From: a virus | Lineage: Duplodnaviria; Caudoviricetes | Virus record (IMG/VR): IMGVR_UViG_3300028591_000119 | Coordinates: 32,001 to 96,000 of that record | Strand: one strand, 5' to 3' | DNA: 64,000 bases | Part shown: positions 21,501 through 29,568 of the stretch, piece after piece | Position numbering within the stretch: position 1 is the first letter of the stretch | How the letters are laid out: every line of letters begins with the position of its first letter | Notes under the pieces: generated by a model | Seen by the model: the letters and a program-made list of their open reading frames with translations, nothing else | What the model was told of the DNA's origin: nothing | Database searches by the model: none | Program-made: the position numbers and the translations under genes

Positions 21501-23913
21501 TAAGTTTTAACAGCGATTGAGGTAATTCTTTACCTTGATCATAAACTGGAATACCTGTAAGCAATAATCTGAATATTTTGTTTAATCCGTCAGGTACATT
21601 AGTTATACCGCCACCAACACCAATTCCACTAAGAGAACCAAATCCGGAAACACTAACAGAAGGACCATTTTTATTAGATAAAGCTTGAGAGGTTTGTTCA
21701 GCTTTATAAATTTCCATCTGTCTAGCAAGGATGTTTCCTTGTTTTTGAAGTCTCAATCTATTACTTCTAGGATTATTCTTCTCGTCTGTTGTAAGCAAGT
21801 AATCTCTATCTGTTGTAAGAGAACGTTTTAATTCAGCGACGTGTGATTCCAAACCAGATTCATATAAAGCATTTTCTCCACCATTCTTCAAATATTCGTC
21901 ATTGATACGATTTAAATTAGTTTGAAGATTCATGGAAACATTTCTCATAGCACCATTATAACGAGATCTTTCTTTATCGTTCATGTTACTGTACGCGTAT
22001 AAGAATGCTCTTACTGCTAAATCTTTGTATTCTTCATCTATACCTGCTGTTAAATCCTGTTGATATCGCTTATCGTATTGAGCCATCTGAGGATCAAACA
22101 TAATATTATTTTTAATTATATTCTTTTGTATAATATCCACAAATTTAGATGAATCAAAAGATAACTGACCATTTTCATCTTGTTTAGAATATCCTTTTGC
22201 TATTAATGCTCGTTTTTCTTCATTACTGATTTTAAAATCACTATTAATTTTATCAACCATGGCACCTTTGAATGTTGACGTATCAGCATTTTCATATGCC
22301 ATATTACGTTTCATTTCCATTTCTTTCATAGTAGATTTAACTGTTTTAAATCCACCAGATTTATAATCGTAATGAAGTTCGTCTTTTCCAGATATAGCAG
22401 CCAGTTGTTTGGCTAACAACGTAGGAATTACAACGTTAAGAGTTCTATCAGATTTAGAAGTCCAACCTACTACCGCATCAGGATCTTTTAACCCTGTATT
22501 GGCTAACACCGAAACCGTATTTGTTCTTGCCCCGAATAACTTACCTACCATTCTAGAACCAGAGGTAGCTCCATATCTAGACAACATATTCATTCGTCCA
22601 GTTAAGAGACCGCCAAAATTACTCAATAATTCATTGAAATCGAGCATTTTATTTCTAGTATTTTTTGATAAGAAAACTGATGCTAATCCTTTAGTCAACG
22701 TATTCATCGGATCAAACAATTTCATTCCAGTTTCATTACCCATACTCATCATATCAGTCATCATAGGTGTCATCATGAGAGTAGATAACAGAGGATTTCC
22801 TGCTGCTATATCACCGAAATTTTTCTTTATATTTTCCCAATAAGCTTTTCCATCTAAACCTATCGGATTATTTGCTATTTTAGAACCCAATGATTGTTTA
22901 GCTTCTTCACGTTTATATGTAGAAACAACCATCATTGTATCTTTTAATTCTTTCAAACTAGTCAAAGTATCTTGTTGAGCTGCTAATAGTTTTCCTTGAA
23001 ATTCCATCTGTGCAGTTACATTAGTTGAAAGAATATTATTATTGAATTCGACTATACTATTTACACCTTTAAGAAGTTGATTTTGATAACCAAATAATTT
23101 ACCAAAATTCTTTTCTTGAGCAGTATAATTTCTAGCCCAAATTTCTTCTTGTTTCTTAAGGATACTTGAACCCACATTAGATGTAGTTGACGAAATTAAT
23201 TCGTCTCCTAATCTCATTTGAGACATTGCTCCTGAAGAACCACTTGAAGAAGTTTTTCTTCTAGGTGCATGTACATTAGTAGTTTTATTTTTAAGTTGTC
23301 TCTGTCTAGCAGAGACATTAACTGTTTTAGTTCTACCTTTCTTTACTCCACCAAAAGGTTCAACTGATAATGTATCTGGTTCAGTTACTGACATATATGT
23401 ATCAGAATTTCCACCAGAATCCATGCCTCCAAAATCAAAATCGCCGAAATCCAAATCGTCTAAGCCTAACGACTCAACCATTTGTTCATCAGCAGACATG
23501 TAAAATTTACCAGTCTTTAATCTTTCTTTTATATCTTTTAATTCTTTAGAACCTTTCGATTTTAAATCATTTAATGTGTCTTTAAATGAAGCTCCATTAG
23601 AGTGAGATTTTGCAAAACTCAATAATCCACCTAATTCTTTCTTAGCATCTTCTTTAGCTGCAGCTACTGTATCTTTGAAAGAATTTGAAACTTCTTTAGC
23701 GTTCGGAATATATTGATCCGTAACATCAAATGCCAAATTTTTGGTAGACTTAAGAACGTTCTTAGTAAAAGAAGTAAGTTTAGCTCGTACTTCTTTCGAG
23801 TCCGAAGCTTTTCCACCAATCTGTGCTCCATCAGATATGACATTGTCATTTAATGGATAAAATTGGTCACTCGAACTATTGCTTGATTTTAGTCTAATAG
23901 GCATTTTAACCAC
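15535..23913 (-). CDS. Tail tape measure protein with C-terminal M15-family peptidoglycan peptidase
   Basis: 2792 aa, Lys/Ala/Gly-rich, GGLIFGGPLGAAAG segment, SNHLEGNAVDF...WGGNW...DLPHFE, FANGG...LNPGEMVL; start may be ATG 23904. Confidence 0.85.
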   Translation of the reverse strand: MVKMPIRLKSSNSSSDQFYPLNDNVISDGAQIGGKASDSKEVRAKLTSFTKNVLKSTKNLAFDVTDQYIPNAKEVSNSFKDTVAAAKEDAKKELGGLLSFAKSHSNGASFKDTLNDLKSKGSKELKDIKERLKTGKFYMSADEQMVESLGLDDLDFGDFDFGGMDSGGNSDTYMSVTEPDTLSVEPFGGVKKGRTKTVNVSARQRQLKNKTTNVHAPRRKTSSSGSSGAMSQMRLGDELISSTTSNVGSSILKKQEEIWARNYTAQEKNFGKLFGYQNQLLKGVNSIVEFNNNILSTNVTAQMEFQGKLLAAQQDTLTSLKELKDTMMVVSTYKREEAKQSLGSKIANNPIGLDGKAYWENIKKNFGDIAAGNPLLSTLMMTPMMTDMMSMGNETGMKLFDPMNTLTKGLASVFLSKNTRNKMLDFNELLSNFGGLLTGRMNMLSRYGATSGSRMVGKLFGARTNTVSVLANTGLKDPDAVVGWTSKSDRTLNVVIPTLLAKQLAAISGKDELHYDYKSGGFKTVKSTMKEMEMKRNMAYENADTSTFKGAMVDKINSDFKISNEEKRALIAKGYSKQDENGQLSFDSSKFVDIIQKNIIKNNIMFDPQMAQYDKRYQQDLTAGIDEEYKDLAVRAFLYAYSNMNDKERSRYNGAMRNVSMNLQTNLNRINDEYLKNGGENALYESGLESHVAELKRSLTTDRDYLLTTDEKNNPRSNRLRLQKQGNILARQMEIYKAEQTSQALSNKNGPSVSVSGFGSLSGIGVGGGITNVPDGLNKIFRLLLTGIPVYDQGKELPQSLLKLRSAIKVMDKEASGARLKSERYEKDFMSKQMSERAKLYAERVKFNREQRLMQYNWLSYVNPLSGSSKFANDNIINRGANAAIDTTSTLYSKLFGLGESDGSSLFGTQSYSAIDLQNTENALKSFRERKATLEDNIKELTGSEKKSDKTKIAFYNKQLSLIDSLIKSSENKIKILKSDVDGSKAKSEDSKINKILNQLGSLASDISNKYIIRVRDIDKNEKINIGTRMKNIAETINSDAVAGAELVAEAMKTKEGRTSLKQAAKDKVVSTKNKVDKTSVDEQAIMITIAGAELIRQEQPELSLEDAYLESATIVEETVNQHKNDPKFKKTIDNYDSSIIIDKGLPRYIKFKAVIDKGLRGAKTAAKAINTGIRIIVGTPVLAIAFGVGAAGNLVVSGVKADIDKVKELKSKVKNRKNSSLTSDAVNDTPKIKSDISENIDDEEASILDRMLKLTGIKDDGSTETPIEKVEAVFKKELNSHPKLKKKWNSTKKELKKTYMKLGAKALMDGAEVYHQGKSAAEAFGSGDWKEGFSRLKGTGGAIGTLLKNGFGVIKGEVNKAKSNGLKTIDVGGNGRSLGTKLGAGIGGLGGLIFGGPLGAAAGAGGGALLGRTIGSKIGRQFTTIRGALLQQGHIDAPTMKPRDLYALVMATKGRLGNQLRSHPEFKELEARAYKPSIKEKIQDLGKDIAQKFTKTVHGAQLMIHRTFMYRNLVGLLDQTLNGNKGPGELKTNVYGMDKYMLYATINSLSTKTKEQRRVKDAIMNTKEYKRLSETMRSGKGWIVQEIEDKINNVKKGVNRLRHFKYRFFIDFLKANGHEEIEYEKDPAMIYSMLDAWGSKKKNRKTYDVIRQSKAYINLQKAVLKKGIAVSELNLDEMKKNTSSKSARNRSRYPTLVMLINSNRTKKDPELDLSNPESIHMAMEAILSRWENNGKAAQANAIRRSKEFKRLCKDVKADTKASREKPENQNFLQRGFNKMKGGFGKIGQFFGFSTPDYSGAESEAGLSKNKLKEEARLLRKQRWNRFFGIEDGPSTDEIDNMYEVKTRKTKKAKDKVVSTKNKINTKTERVAKKGDHTAALLSGTKRAVDNVVKNGESIVEDIKTKEGRDKLKHTAKDKVVSTKNKIKTKTKRAVDNVVKNGESIVEDIKTKEGRDKLKRPAKNKILIGFSTLFDKLTKAKTEKAEKVAKKTDFTEIKQQMKDVAKRTGDHTAALLSGILAINLANLKQNATDAAKKDKGGSSDKSGFGDFAKKAGKILTTIGAVIGSVGVITGGINGIKNKISRVKEDGVTGLFTKETHTDYTASGKKKGKVQKFLDRTTDNVNHALKTRFVKSTIDAGVTAAATKGGAKTVANIAKTAVKEGGKDFAMQLKEMFSKAFFGLAKNLKKRWPGAAKALQKIAPKLSDKIAKGAAENAAKTTTKAGLKNAAGAFPGIGTIIQAGILVTDAIVSFISGYNNAGRIFKVSKNTVSGKMKSVSGLYEAIKSIIIGLPSFIPGGAGMIVSASLATMSAFLPDDELIQMIYREVASDDEMDEWKKNQDKIKDRANKYGVDAGKLVEHSNKSFSDKMYDFFHTKSSEDKRYAKKLGLTDDQYEDFKTDFNMDERDEKSEKTSVKKQTKYDKKSKDGSFEEKYPTFAEIKNPSEAVRYFTDPKTYKTLEAEAQSMFDSNDMKAIKVVFSKINDKIVGRQSKDISILNNSFRRKLKDMMSEDEWPKDLPINETKRNPFTQFAYFSKGRASDKMADDILKLAGFGGLKFWGGDNSKNTWTLNSNHLEGNAVDFNLNKLDKSSVASLGEIAKRKGIEWGGNWTNHQDLPHFEDKDAQQRFANGGIVQRLGTDEKIGYVKPINHLKDFGDKTLTRLNPGEMVLNKKQQTALFNKIKHYEYEESVKGTTARHPVRLSESPMVTNDRDTLIILNKALELQSKIYQEQTRHNKVSEDFFENLMKVLSTMMSDPLLINKINNKGKYKEQIDDVSSDLIDGAYRNASGI
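17862..18357. repeat. Internal duplications within the tape measure gene
   Basis: ~89-bp near-identical copies at 18036-18124 and 18174-18262; 38-bp block at 18131 and 18320 (third copy ~20690); GDHTAALLSG block at ~17862 and ~18264. Confidence 0.85.
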
Positions 23914-23952
23914 TTCCTATATAGGGATTTTATTACTTTTTATAATTAGGCC

Positions 23953-23964
23953 TATAAGAATGTT
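23953..23964 (-). promoter_or_regulatory. Putative late promoter AACA-N6-TA (tape measure operon)
   Basis: AACAttcttaTA. Confidence 0.55.
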
Positions 23965-24042
23965 TTCGCTTTCAAAATGTATAAAACATTATATTTTCTA
24001 TTAAAAACATTTAAATGAAATTATTATTTTGAGGTTAATATT

Positions 24043-24654
24043 ATGAATATTTCAGATATTATAAACGATGATGAACCTAAAAAAGAATCATTGCACGATA
24101 GAAGATGGCGAGAAATGAAAAAAGAATCTAGCGACAGATCTTTTAGAATAGCTAGAGAAGCAGCAGTTGCTTCATTACCTAAAAAAGATAATCTTCATGG
24201 TGATTCTAAAGGTAAAGAATTGAAGTTTAAGCCACTAGTATATTATACTGCTCAGGATGCTTTACAATATTGTATGAAAGATTTTGAAGATCAAGCATCT
24301 AAGAATATTGATATAATTAAAGCTACTAGAGAAACTAAAGGTCAAAAACTTACAACTAAATCAGATTTAAAAATGGTTATTGGTAATTTCCATGAAGGTA
24401 AGCGCATGATTAAAACTGGTATATTTGTGCCAGTATATATGTATGTGTTCATTAAGGAATGGTGTGGTTCAATTTGTATATTTGAAATCGCTGAATCAGA
24501 TTACGGTACAGGTAAAATGAAACGACGTGGATATACAGTTGAAAAAGTTAGCGTAGTTTATTATCAATCTAATGGTGTAGGTATGGGAAAAGAACAAATT
24601 CTTAAACAATCTATAACTAATTTCAATCATCATCCTGATAAAGATAAAAAATAA
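24043..24654 (+). CDS. Hypothetical protein (late-type promoter)
   Basis: 203 aa, GAGGT SD, AACA-N6-TG at 24006-24017. Confidence 0.7.
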   Translation: MNISDIINDDEPKKESLHDRRWREMKKESSDRSFRIAREAAVASLPKKDNLHGDSKGKELKFKPLVYYTAQDALQYCMKDFEDQASKNIDIIKATRETKGQKLTTKSDLKMVIGNFHEGKRMIKTGIFVPVYMYVFIKEWCGSICIFEIAESDYGTGKMKRRGYTVEKVSVVYYQSNGVGMGKEQILKQSITNFNHHPDKDKK

Positions 24655-24722
24655 ATTTATTGATATATTATTTTACTAGACCTGATTGGTCTAGTAAAAT
24701 AATTTTTAAGGAGAAAATAAAT

Positions 24723-25118
24723 ATGCCAACAACATACCCTATTGTCGACAACTCTAAAAAGGAAGAAGAAGAAACTAATAAATGTATCGCTGTTGAATTT
24801 ATGAAATTCATGATACATGCTTCTCAAGATAAATATCCTGATAGTGCAAATAATGCTGAGAAGTTAGTTATAGATATAAATCTTCCATTCAAAGACGTGA
24901 TGAATAATATATATTATTGGTTTGAAAAGAATCGTCCTTCTATCGAAATTGAACAACCTGATAAATTAATTCAACATGCTATAACTTTTGAAACCGAAGG
25001 AGCATTTTATTTCAAAGATGGATCAGAATTAATACTTCCAGAAATAATTCTTAAACAACCTACTCCTAAAGAAATTGCTAGAAGAAAAAGAGCTATGAAA
25101 AAGAATGATAAAAAATAA
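24723..25118 (+). CDS. Hypothetical protein (putative early)
   Basis: AAGGAG SD before ATG 24723; TATATTAT at 24664 overlapping a long hairpin. Confidence 0.7.
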   Translation: MPTTYPIVDNSKKEEEETNKCIAVEFMKFMIHASQDKYPDSANNAEKLVIDINLPFKDVMNNIYYWFEKNRPSIEIEQPDKLIQHAITFETEGAFYFKDGSELILPEIILKQPTPKEIARRKRAMKKNDKK

Positions 25119-25130
25119 ATAACAAATAAA

Positions 25131-25162
25131 GAAAAGAAACTCGGAAATTCCGAGTTTCTTTT
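25131..25162. terminator. Bidirectional terminator
   Basis: AAAGAAACTCGGAA-TTCCGAGTTTCTTT. Confidence 0.8.
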
Positions 25163-25166
25163 TATT

Positions 25167-26147
25167 TTACTGATTATTTGTTGAAGTAGTAGCGTTTTTA
25201 GCACTAGCTTTTAATGACATACCTATACCAGTAAGTAACAGGTTAATCAATGATGTTCCGCATGAAGCTAATTTAGAAAGACTTTTACCAACAAAAGTAT
25301 ATCCTTTCTTTATATTAGTAGCATCTGCATCACGTATTGTATCAGAAGTCATAAGTATTTTATCTAACTCACGAATACATTCATCTATATCAGCTTTAGC
25401 TTTATTTAAATTAACTGTAATTGGATCTGATTTAGTTTTTACACCATTTAAAAAATCAATAATAGATTGCTTATTGTTAAATTTTAAAAATTTTAAAAGT
25501 TGAATCTGTGGACTGCCATTATCATTAGTAGACATGATATCTTCTGAAAACATTCTATTAAAAGGATTCGCGGTGTTCATTTTCTCTATAGTATCATCTA
25601 TAACAGCACCCATATCGCGTTTGTTAAAATCGACGTCTGCTTTGGCTACTTTGAGAGTAGCCATGCAACCTTTTAATAAATCAAATGAACTCGAAAACAA
25701 TTTACCAAGATCTTTAAATGCTATAGGTCTTATAGAATTAAGCCAACTTAGTTTATTTACACTAATCGAGATATCGAAATCGATATCTTTTTCATCCATA
25801 TTGTTTACTTTATTCAACAACATGTTTGCTCTAGTTATCATTGCACCATTAGCAAAAAAATCAGCGATGAATTTACCAATTTTTATAAAGAATTCTTTAA
25901 TTTTTTTCCATACTGCTTTAGCAGCATTAGCTATTTTCTCTCCTACACCTTCAGTACTTTTATAACCAAAAGATTCTACAGCTTTTACATCACTCATGAT
26001 ATCACATAGTTTAATCATTTTAGATATATCTTCAGATTCTTTAGAAAGCATTATAGATTGTTTTTCTAAATTATCTAAAGCAAGATTACCAGAAGTAACA
26101 GGAGAATTTTCTACACTAATAGTTACACCATTTACTTTAATTTGCAT
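25167..26147 (-). CDS. Internal head protein, phiKZ-like
   Basis: Propeptide with S/A-x-E sites, then amphipathic helix (STE-GVGEKIANAAKAVWKKIKEFF); leader MQIKVNGVTISVE. Confidence 0.65.
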   Translation of the reverse strand: MQIKVNGVTISVENSPVTSGNLALDNLEKQSIMLSKESEDISKMIKLCDIMSDVKAVESFGYKSTEGVGEKIANAAKAVWKKIKEFFIKIGKFIADFFANGAMITRANMLLNKVNNMDEKDIDFDISISVNKLSWLNSIRPIAFKDLGKLFSSSFDLLKGCMATLKVAKADVDFNKRDMGAVIDDTIEKMNTANPFNRMFSEDIMSTNDNGSPQIQLLKFLKFNNKQSIIDFLNGVKTKSDPITVNLNKAKADIDECIRELDKILMTSDTIRDADATNIKKGYTFVGKSLSKLASCGTSLINLLLTGIGMSLKASAKNATTSTNNQ

Positions 26148-26204
26148 AATCTATTTTCCTCTTATTAAAAACATTATAATTTTTATACTATCATAAAAAC
26201 AGTT

Positions 26205-26243
26205 AGTTATCGGGTCTAGAAAAAACTAGACCCGATACTTCTT
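26205..26243. terminator. Intergenic hairpin/terminator
   Basis: TATCGGGTCTAG-aaaaaa-CTAGACCCGATA. Confidence 0.65.
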
Positions 26244-26259
26244 TATCACGAATTAAAGA

Positions 26260-26886
26260 TTAAAGATCATTACCATCGATAAATACAGAATTTTCACCAT
26301 CAGAAATCAACGAGAAACATGATTCTGCTGTAGAAAGATTTTTATCACGTCCTTTAAGATAACATCGACCGATTTTAACAGGTGTTATACTTGAACCAGA
26401 ACCTTTAAATCCGTTAACAAGCACCAACTGTTGATTAGCTAAACCTGAAAGATCACTTGTGTTTCTCACAAAACGCATTTTCATAAGACCGATAACAACG
26501 CCGTCTTTTTCAATAACACGAAGATTGTTTGCTGGGATTTTAGATGTTTTATCACCTACTTCCATAGCATTAAACCACCAGTGTCCTGCACCAGAAACGA
26601 ATTTTCCTTTACTAGAATTGATCCATGATTTTACTTCTTCAAGAGAAGGAGAGTCATTTCCTACTTTTGCTTTAACTTTTGAAACGATACTGTCTGTCAT
26701 ATCTTTTACAGATTCAAATGTTCCAAGAGAAGTTATTTTATTGATAATAGTAGTCCAAACACTAGATGCACCAGCAGTTGCAACCAAATTAGTACCACGA
26801 GTAATAGAGCCAACAACATTAGCTTCTTGTGACTTCACTGAACCATTTTCTACACTAATAGTTACACCATTTACTTTAATTTGCAT
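26260..26886 (-). CDS. Putative head-packaged protein
   Basis: 208 aa; same MQIKVNGVTISVEN leader, then SQE-A site. Confidence 0.6.
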   Translation of the reverse strand: MQIKVNGVTISVENGSVKSQEANVVGSITRGTNLVATAGASSVWTTIINKITSLGTFESVKDMTDSIVSKVKAKVGNDSPSLEEVKSWINSSKGKFVSGAGHWWFNAMEVGDKTSKIPANNLRVIEKDGVVIGLMKMRFVRNTSDLSGLANQQLVLVNGFKGSGSSITPVKIGRCYLKGRDKNLSTAESCFSLISDGENSVFIDGNDL

Positions 26887-26916
26887 AATTTATTTTCCTT
26901 AATCAAGTAAAAGTAT

Positions 26917-26953
26917 TTATACTCTCCTCTCCTTGATTAAAAGAGGAGAGTAT
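26917..26953. terminator. Hairpin/terminator
   Basis: TATACTCTCCTCT...AGAGGAGAGTATA. Confidence 0.65.
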
Positions 26954-26973
26954 ATTATATGTATCGGTTGATA

Positions 26974-29223
26974 TTAAAAACCGACCATATTCATAAATTT
27001 ATTAAGATTATCGTTTTCATTATATGAATCAAATAAACCGAATGCTTCAGCTGTTTTATAAACAGTTGTCATCAATCTTGATTTCCATTCAATGTTTTTC
27101 TTTTCTTCATTAGATAATGAAACTCCGTTAATCCCATCTTCACAACCATGAGCCATGATAGATTCTTTACTCATTGTTATGATAAATTTCTCATATGGAG
27201 TAGGAACAACATCTGTAACGTCTTCCTGGTTAGTAATTGCTTTGATAATAGTCATTTCGTCATCGTTGAGTTCACGACACCAAAGCTTTTCAAACTTATC
27301 CTTAACACGTTTAACTACAGTTTCATTGATTTCAATGTTACTCTTATCACCAATATTTTCTTCCCAAACTTTAATCTTATAGTCCGTTATGAAATTAGGT
27401 GAAATTGCTTTCTGGAAATTCATCTTACTGAGATCAATAATACCATATGCTTCTTTCTTAACATTTTCATCATTATAATTAAGCATGTTATGATAGAATA
27501 CATTTTCACGACTTTCAAGATCGTTAACTATTGTTGTATCAGGATTATCTTTTCTATCACAGTATTGACGCAATTGAACTATATCAAATGCGTTAGAATA
27601 TACATTTTCTTTCGATGTATATGGTCTAACTGTAGGTGATACGTGTTTACGATGATAAACGAATCTTTCGATAATGTTTCTAGCAATAGCGAAAGTATTT
27701 TCGTTTGCACGAATAAGTCCTTGCGGAGTTAATCCGATATCATTCAATGTCTTAGTATACATATCTGCGTTAGATAAAGATTCAGCAATAACTGCTCCAT
27801 ATCTATTTATCTTTTCATTGATAATGCTCTGAGATTCCTCAGATATACCGTGTGCCTGTTTAGTAGCAAGTTTTAATCCGTCTAAACGAATTTTCATTTC
27901 AGCTTTAACGTCACCTACTGCATTTACACATTCTGAAGACAACGTATTAACATCTGGAAGTTCCATAGCTTCAAATGTTCTAGGATGTAAAGGAATACGT
28001 TTTTCAGATAAACTTCTAGCATTGTAGAGATTAAGATTTTCTTTACCAAGATTAGCGCCATTGATATTGATAGTAATTCCACCAGAATTGCTATTGTTGT
28101 TTCCTGGAGCTCCAGAGTCAGTTGTTCCTCCTTCGCCAGAATCCATACCCATATCGTCTGTAGCACCCATATCATCTGTTCCAGTGCCATCGTCTAATCC
28201 ATCGGTACCATCATCTGTACCCATATCAGAAGTATCGTCACCTGTATCTTCTATTCCAGTATCATCAGTTGTTACATCTTCGGCATTTTCGCCTACTTCA
28301 GAAGAATCAATTTGACCGCCAGCACCATTGTCTTTTCCAACATCACCGTTATCAACAATACCGTCATCTCCACCTATAGATGGATCTGCTGGAGCATCAG
28401 TATTTTCATCTGTACTCGTATCATTGTCACCAGTGAATGTTTGGTCTGAACCAAGACCATCGTCTGTATCGTATAATTGTTCATCGTCCTGATTTTCATC
28501 AGTATTTCCAGCTAATCCATCGTCACTAGTATCTGCTAATGTATCTTCAGGATTAATTCCAGTTCCATCATCCGTTCCGTTTTCATCTGGTGGATTATCA
28601 GGATCTTGATACTGATCATCAGGAGGAGCTATTTCATTCTTGTAATCTATTATTTCTTGTGTAGTACCTTCAACTAATTCATTTTTAGCTTCAGTTTCTT
28701 CAATAGCATCTTTAACGTCGTTCTTGATGCGTTCGATAACATCATCCACAGCTTCAATAGACATAAGATATTTCATATCTTGTGTAAAACGTTTAGAAAT
28801 ATCCTGATTCTCAAAAGATTTAGTATCCGCAAAAGCATTTTCACATGCTATATTTAAAGACACGTGATCCTGATTTACTTTACCTAATCTAATTCGATTG
28901 ATCAACTTCTGCTGTCTATAATCAGACTCTAAAGATACTGACTCAGAAATACTATTAACCATAGAAGTAAATAGATTACCTGTATCAAATTGTCCAACGT
29001 GACCGAACGAATCAACCATATTCTTAGATATATCACTCAATACAGTCGTGAATTTATCTTTAAATTCTGGATTATCTATCTTTTCACGTTCACCTTCTTT
29101 TAAAGGAATAGACTTTGTGACTATATTTCTGAAACAGTCATTTATCAAATTCTCTTTAAAAGCTTTTTCGAAAGCAGTTTTAGTTGCTTCTATTTTAGAT
29201 ATACTGTTGGCGTTTAAATCCAT
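26974..29223 (-). CDS. Acidic head/scaffold-like virion protein
   Basis: 749 aa; ~200-aa D/G/T low-complexity centre; many S/A/G-x-E sites; AACA-N6-TG at 29256-29267. Confidence 0.55.
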   Translation of the reverse strand: MDLNANSISKIEATKTAFEKAFKENLINDCFRNIVTKSIPLKEGEREKIDNPEFKDKFTTVLSDISKNMVDSFGHVGQFDTGNLFTSMVNSISESVSLESDYRQQKLINRIRLGKVNQDHVSLNIACENAFADTKSFENQDISKRFTQDMKYLMSIEAVDDVIERIKNDVKDAIEETEAKNELVEGTTQEIIDYKNEIAPPDDQYQDPDNPPDENGTDDGTGINPEDTLADTSDDGLAGNTDENQDDEQLYDTDDGLGSDQTFTGDNDTSTDENTDAPADPSIGGDDGIVDNGDVGKDNGAGGQIDSSEVGENAEDVTTDDTGIEDTGDDTSDMGTDDGTDGLDDGTGTDDMGATDDMGMDSGEGGTTDSGAPGNNNSNSGGITININGANLGKENLNLYNARSLSEKRIPLHPRTFEAMELPDVNTLSSECVNAVGDVKAEMKIRLDGLKLATKQAHGISEESQSIINEKINRYGAVIAESLSNADMYTKTLNDIGLTPQGLIRANENTFAIARNIIERFVYHRKHVSPTVRPYTSKENVYSNAFDIVQLRQYCDRKDNPDTTIVNDLESRENVFYHNMLNYNDENVKKEAYGIIDLSKMNFQKAISPNFITDYKIKVWEENIGDKSNIEINETVVKRVKDKFEKLWCRELNDDEMTIIKAITNQEDVTDVVPTPYEKFIITMSKESIMAHGCEDGINGVSLSNEEKKNIEWKSRLMTTVYKTAEAFGLFDSYNENDNLNKFMNMVGF

Positions 29224-29320
29224 ATTAAACTCCTATTAATTGTATAAATTTTAATCATAATAATGTTTTATTAGGAAAAAAATAAAAAATAACTAGGAGA
29301 CTGTTCTCCCAGTTATTTAT

Positions 29321-29512
29321 CTAACAATGAACAACAGTACCGGGTTTTATACCATCTTTTTCATTCTGCTTTAACAAATTTAAAGCAGTCTCAAATGTTG
29401 AACCTTGTTCAACTGCCAATTTAGCTGCTTCTGCTACCTGTTGTTTTGTAAATTTCTTCCGAATTTTTTTCGGAAGTTTATCATATAAGTCCATAAATTT
29501 CTTATCTGTCAT
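29321..29512 (-). CDS. Small hypothetical protein (putative early)
   Basis: 63 aa, AGGAGGT SD, TATATTAT at 29535-29542, downstream hairpin 29285-29320. Confidence 0.7.
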   Translation of the reverse strand: MTDKKFMDLYDKLPKKIRKKFTKQQVAEAAKLAVEQGSTFETALNLLKQNEKDGIKPGTVVHC

Positions 29513-29568
29513 ATATAGACCTCCTATCAGTAGTATAATATAAACATGAAATATTGATTATATTAAAT

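Larger units (their letters stand above)
26106..26899. repeat. 55-bp direct repeat (26106-26160, 26845-26899) covering SD and first ~14 codons of two genes
   Basis: 54/55 identical by eye. Confidence 0.9.

Noticed and set aside
16325-22843. Many + strand ORFs of 60-145 aa inside the tape measure gene (similar ones lie inside other large genes)
   Set aside because: Antisense shadows caused by codon bias; no SD or motifs.
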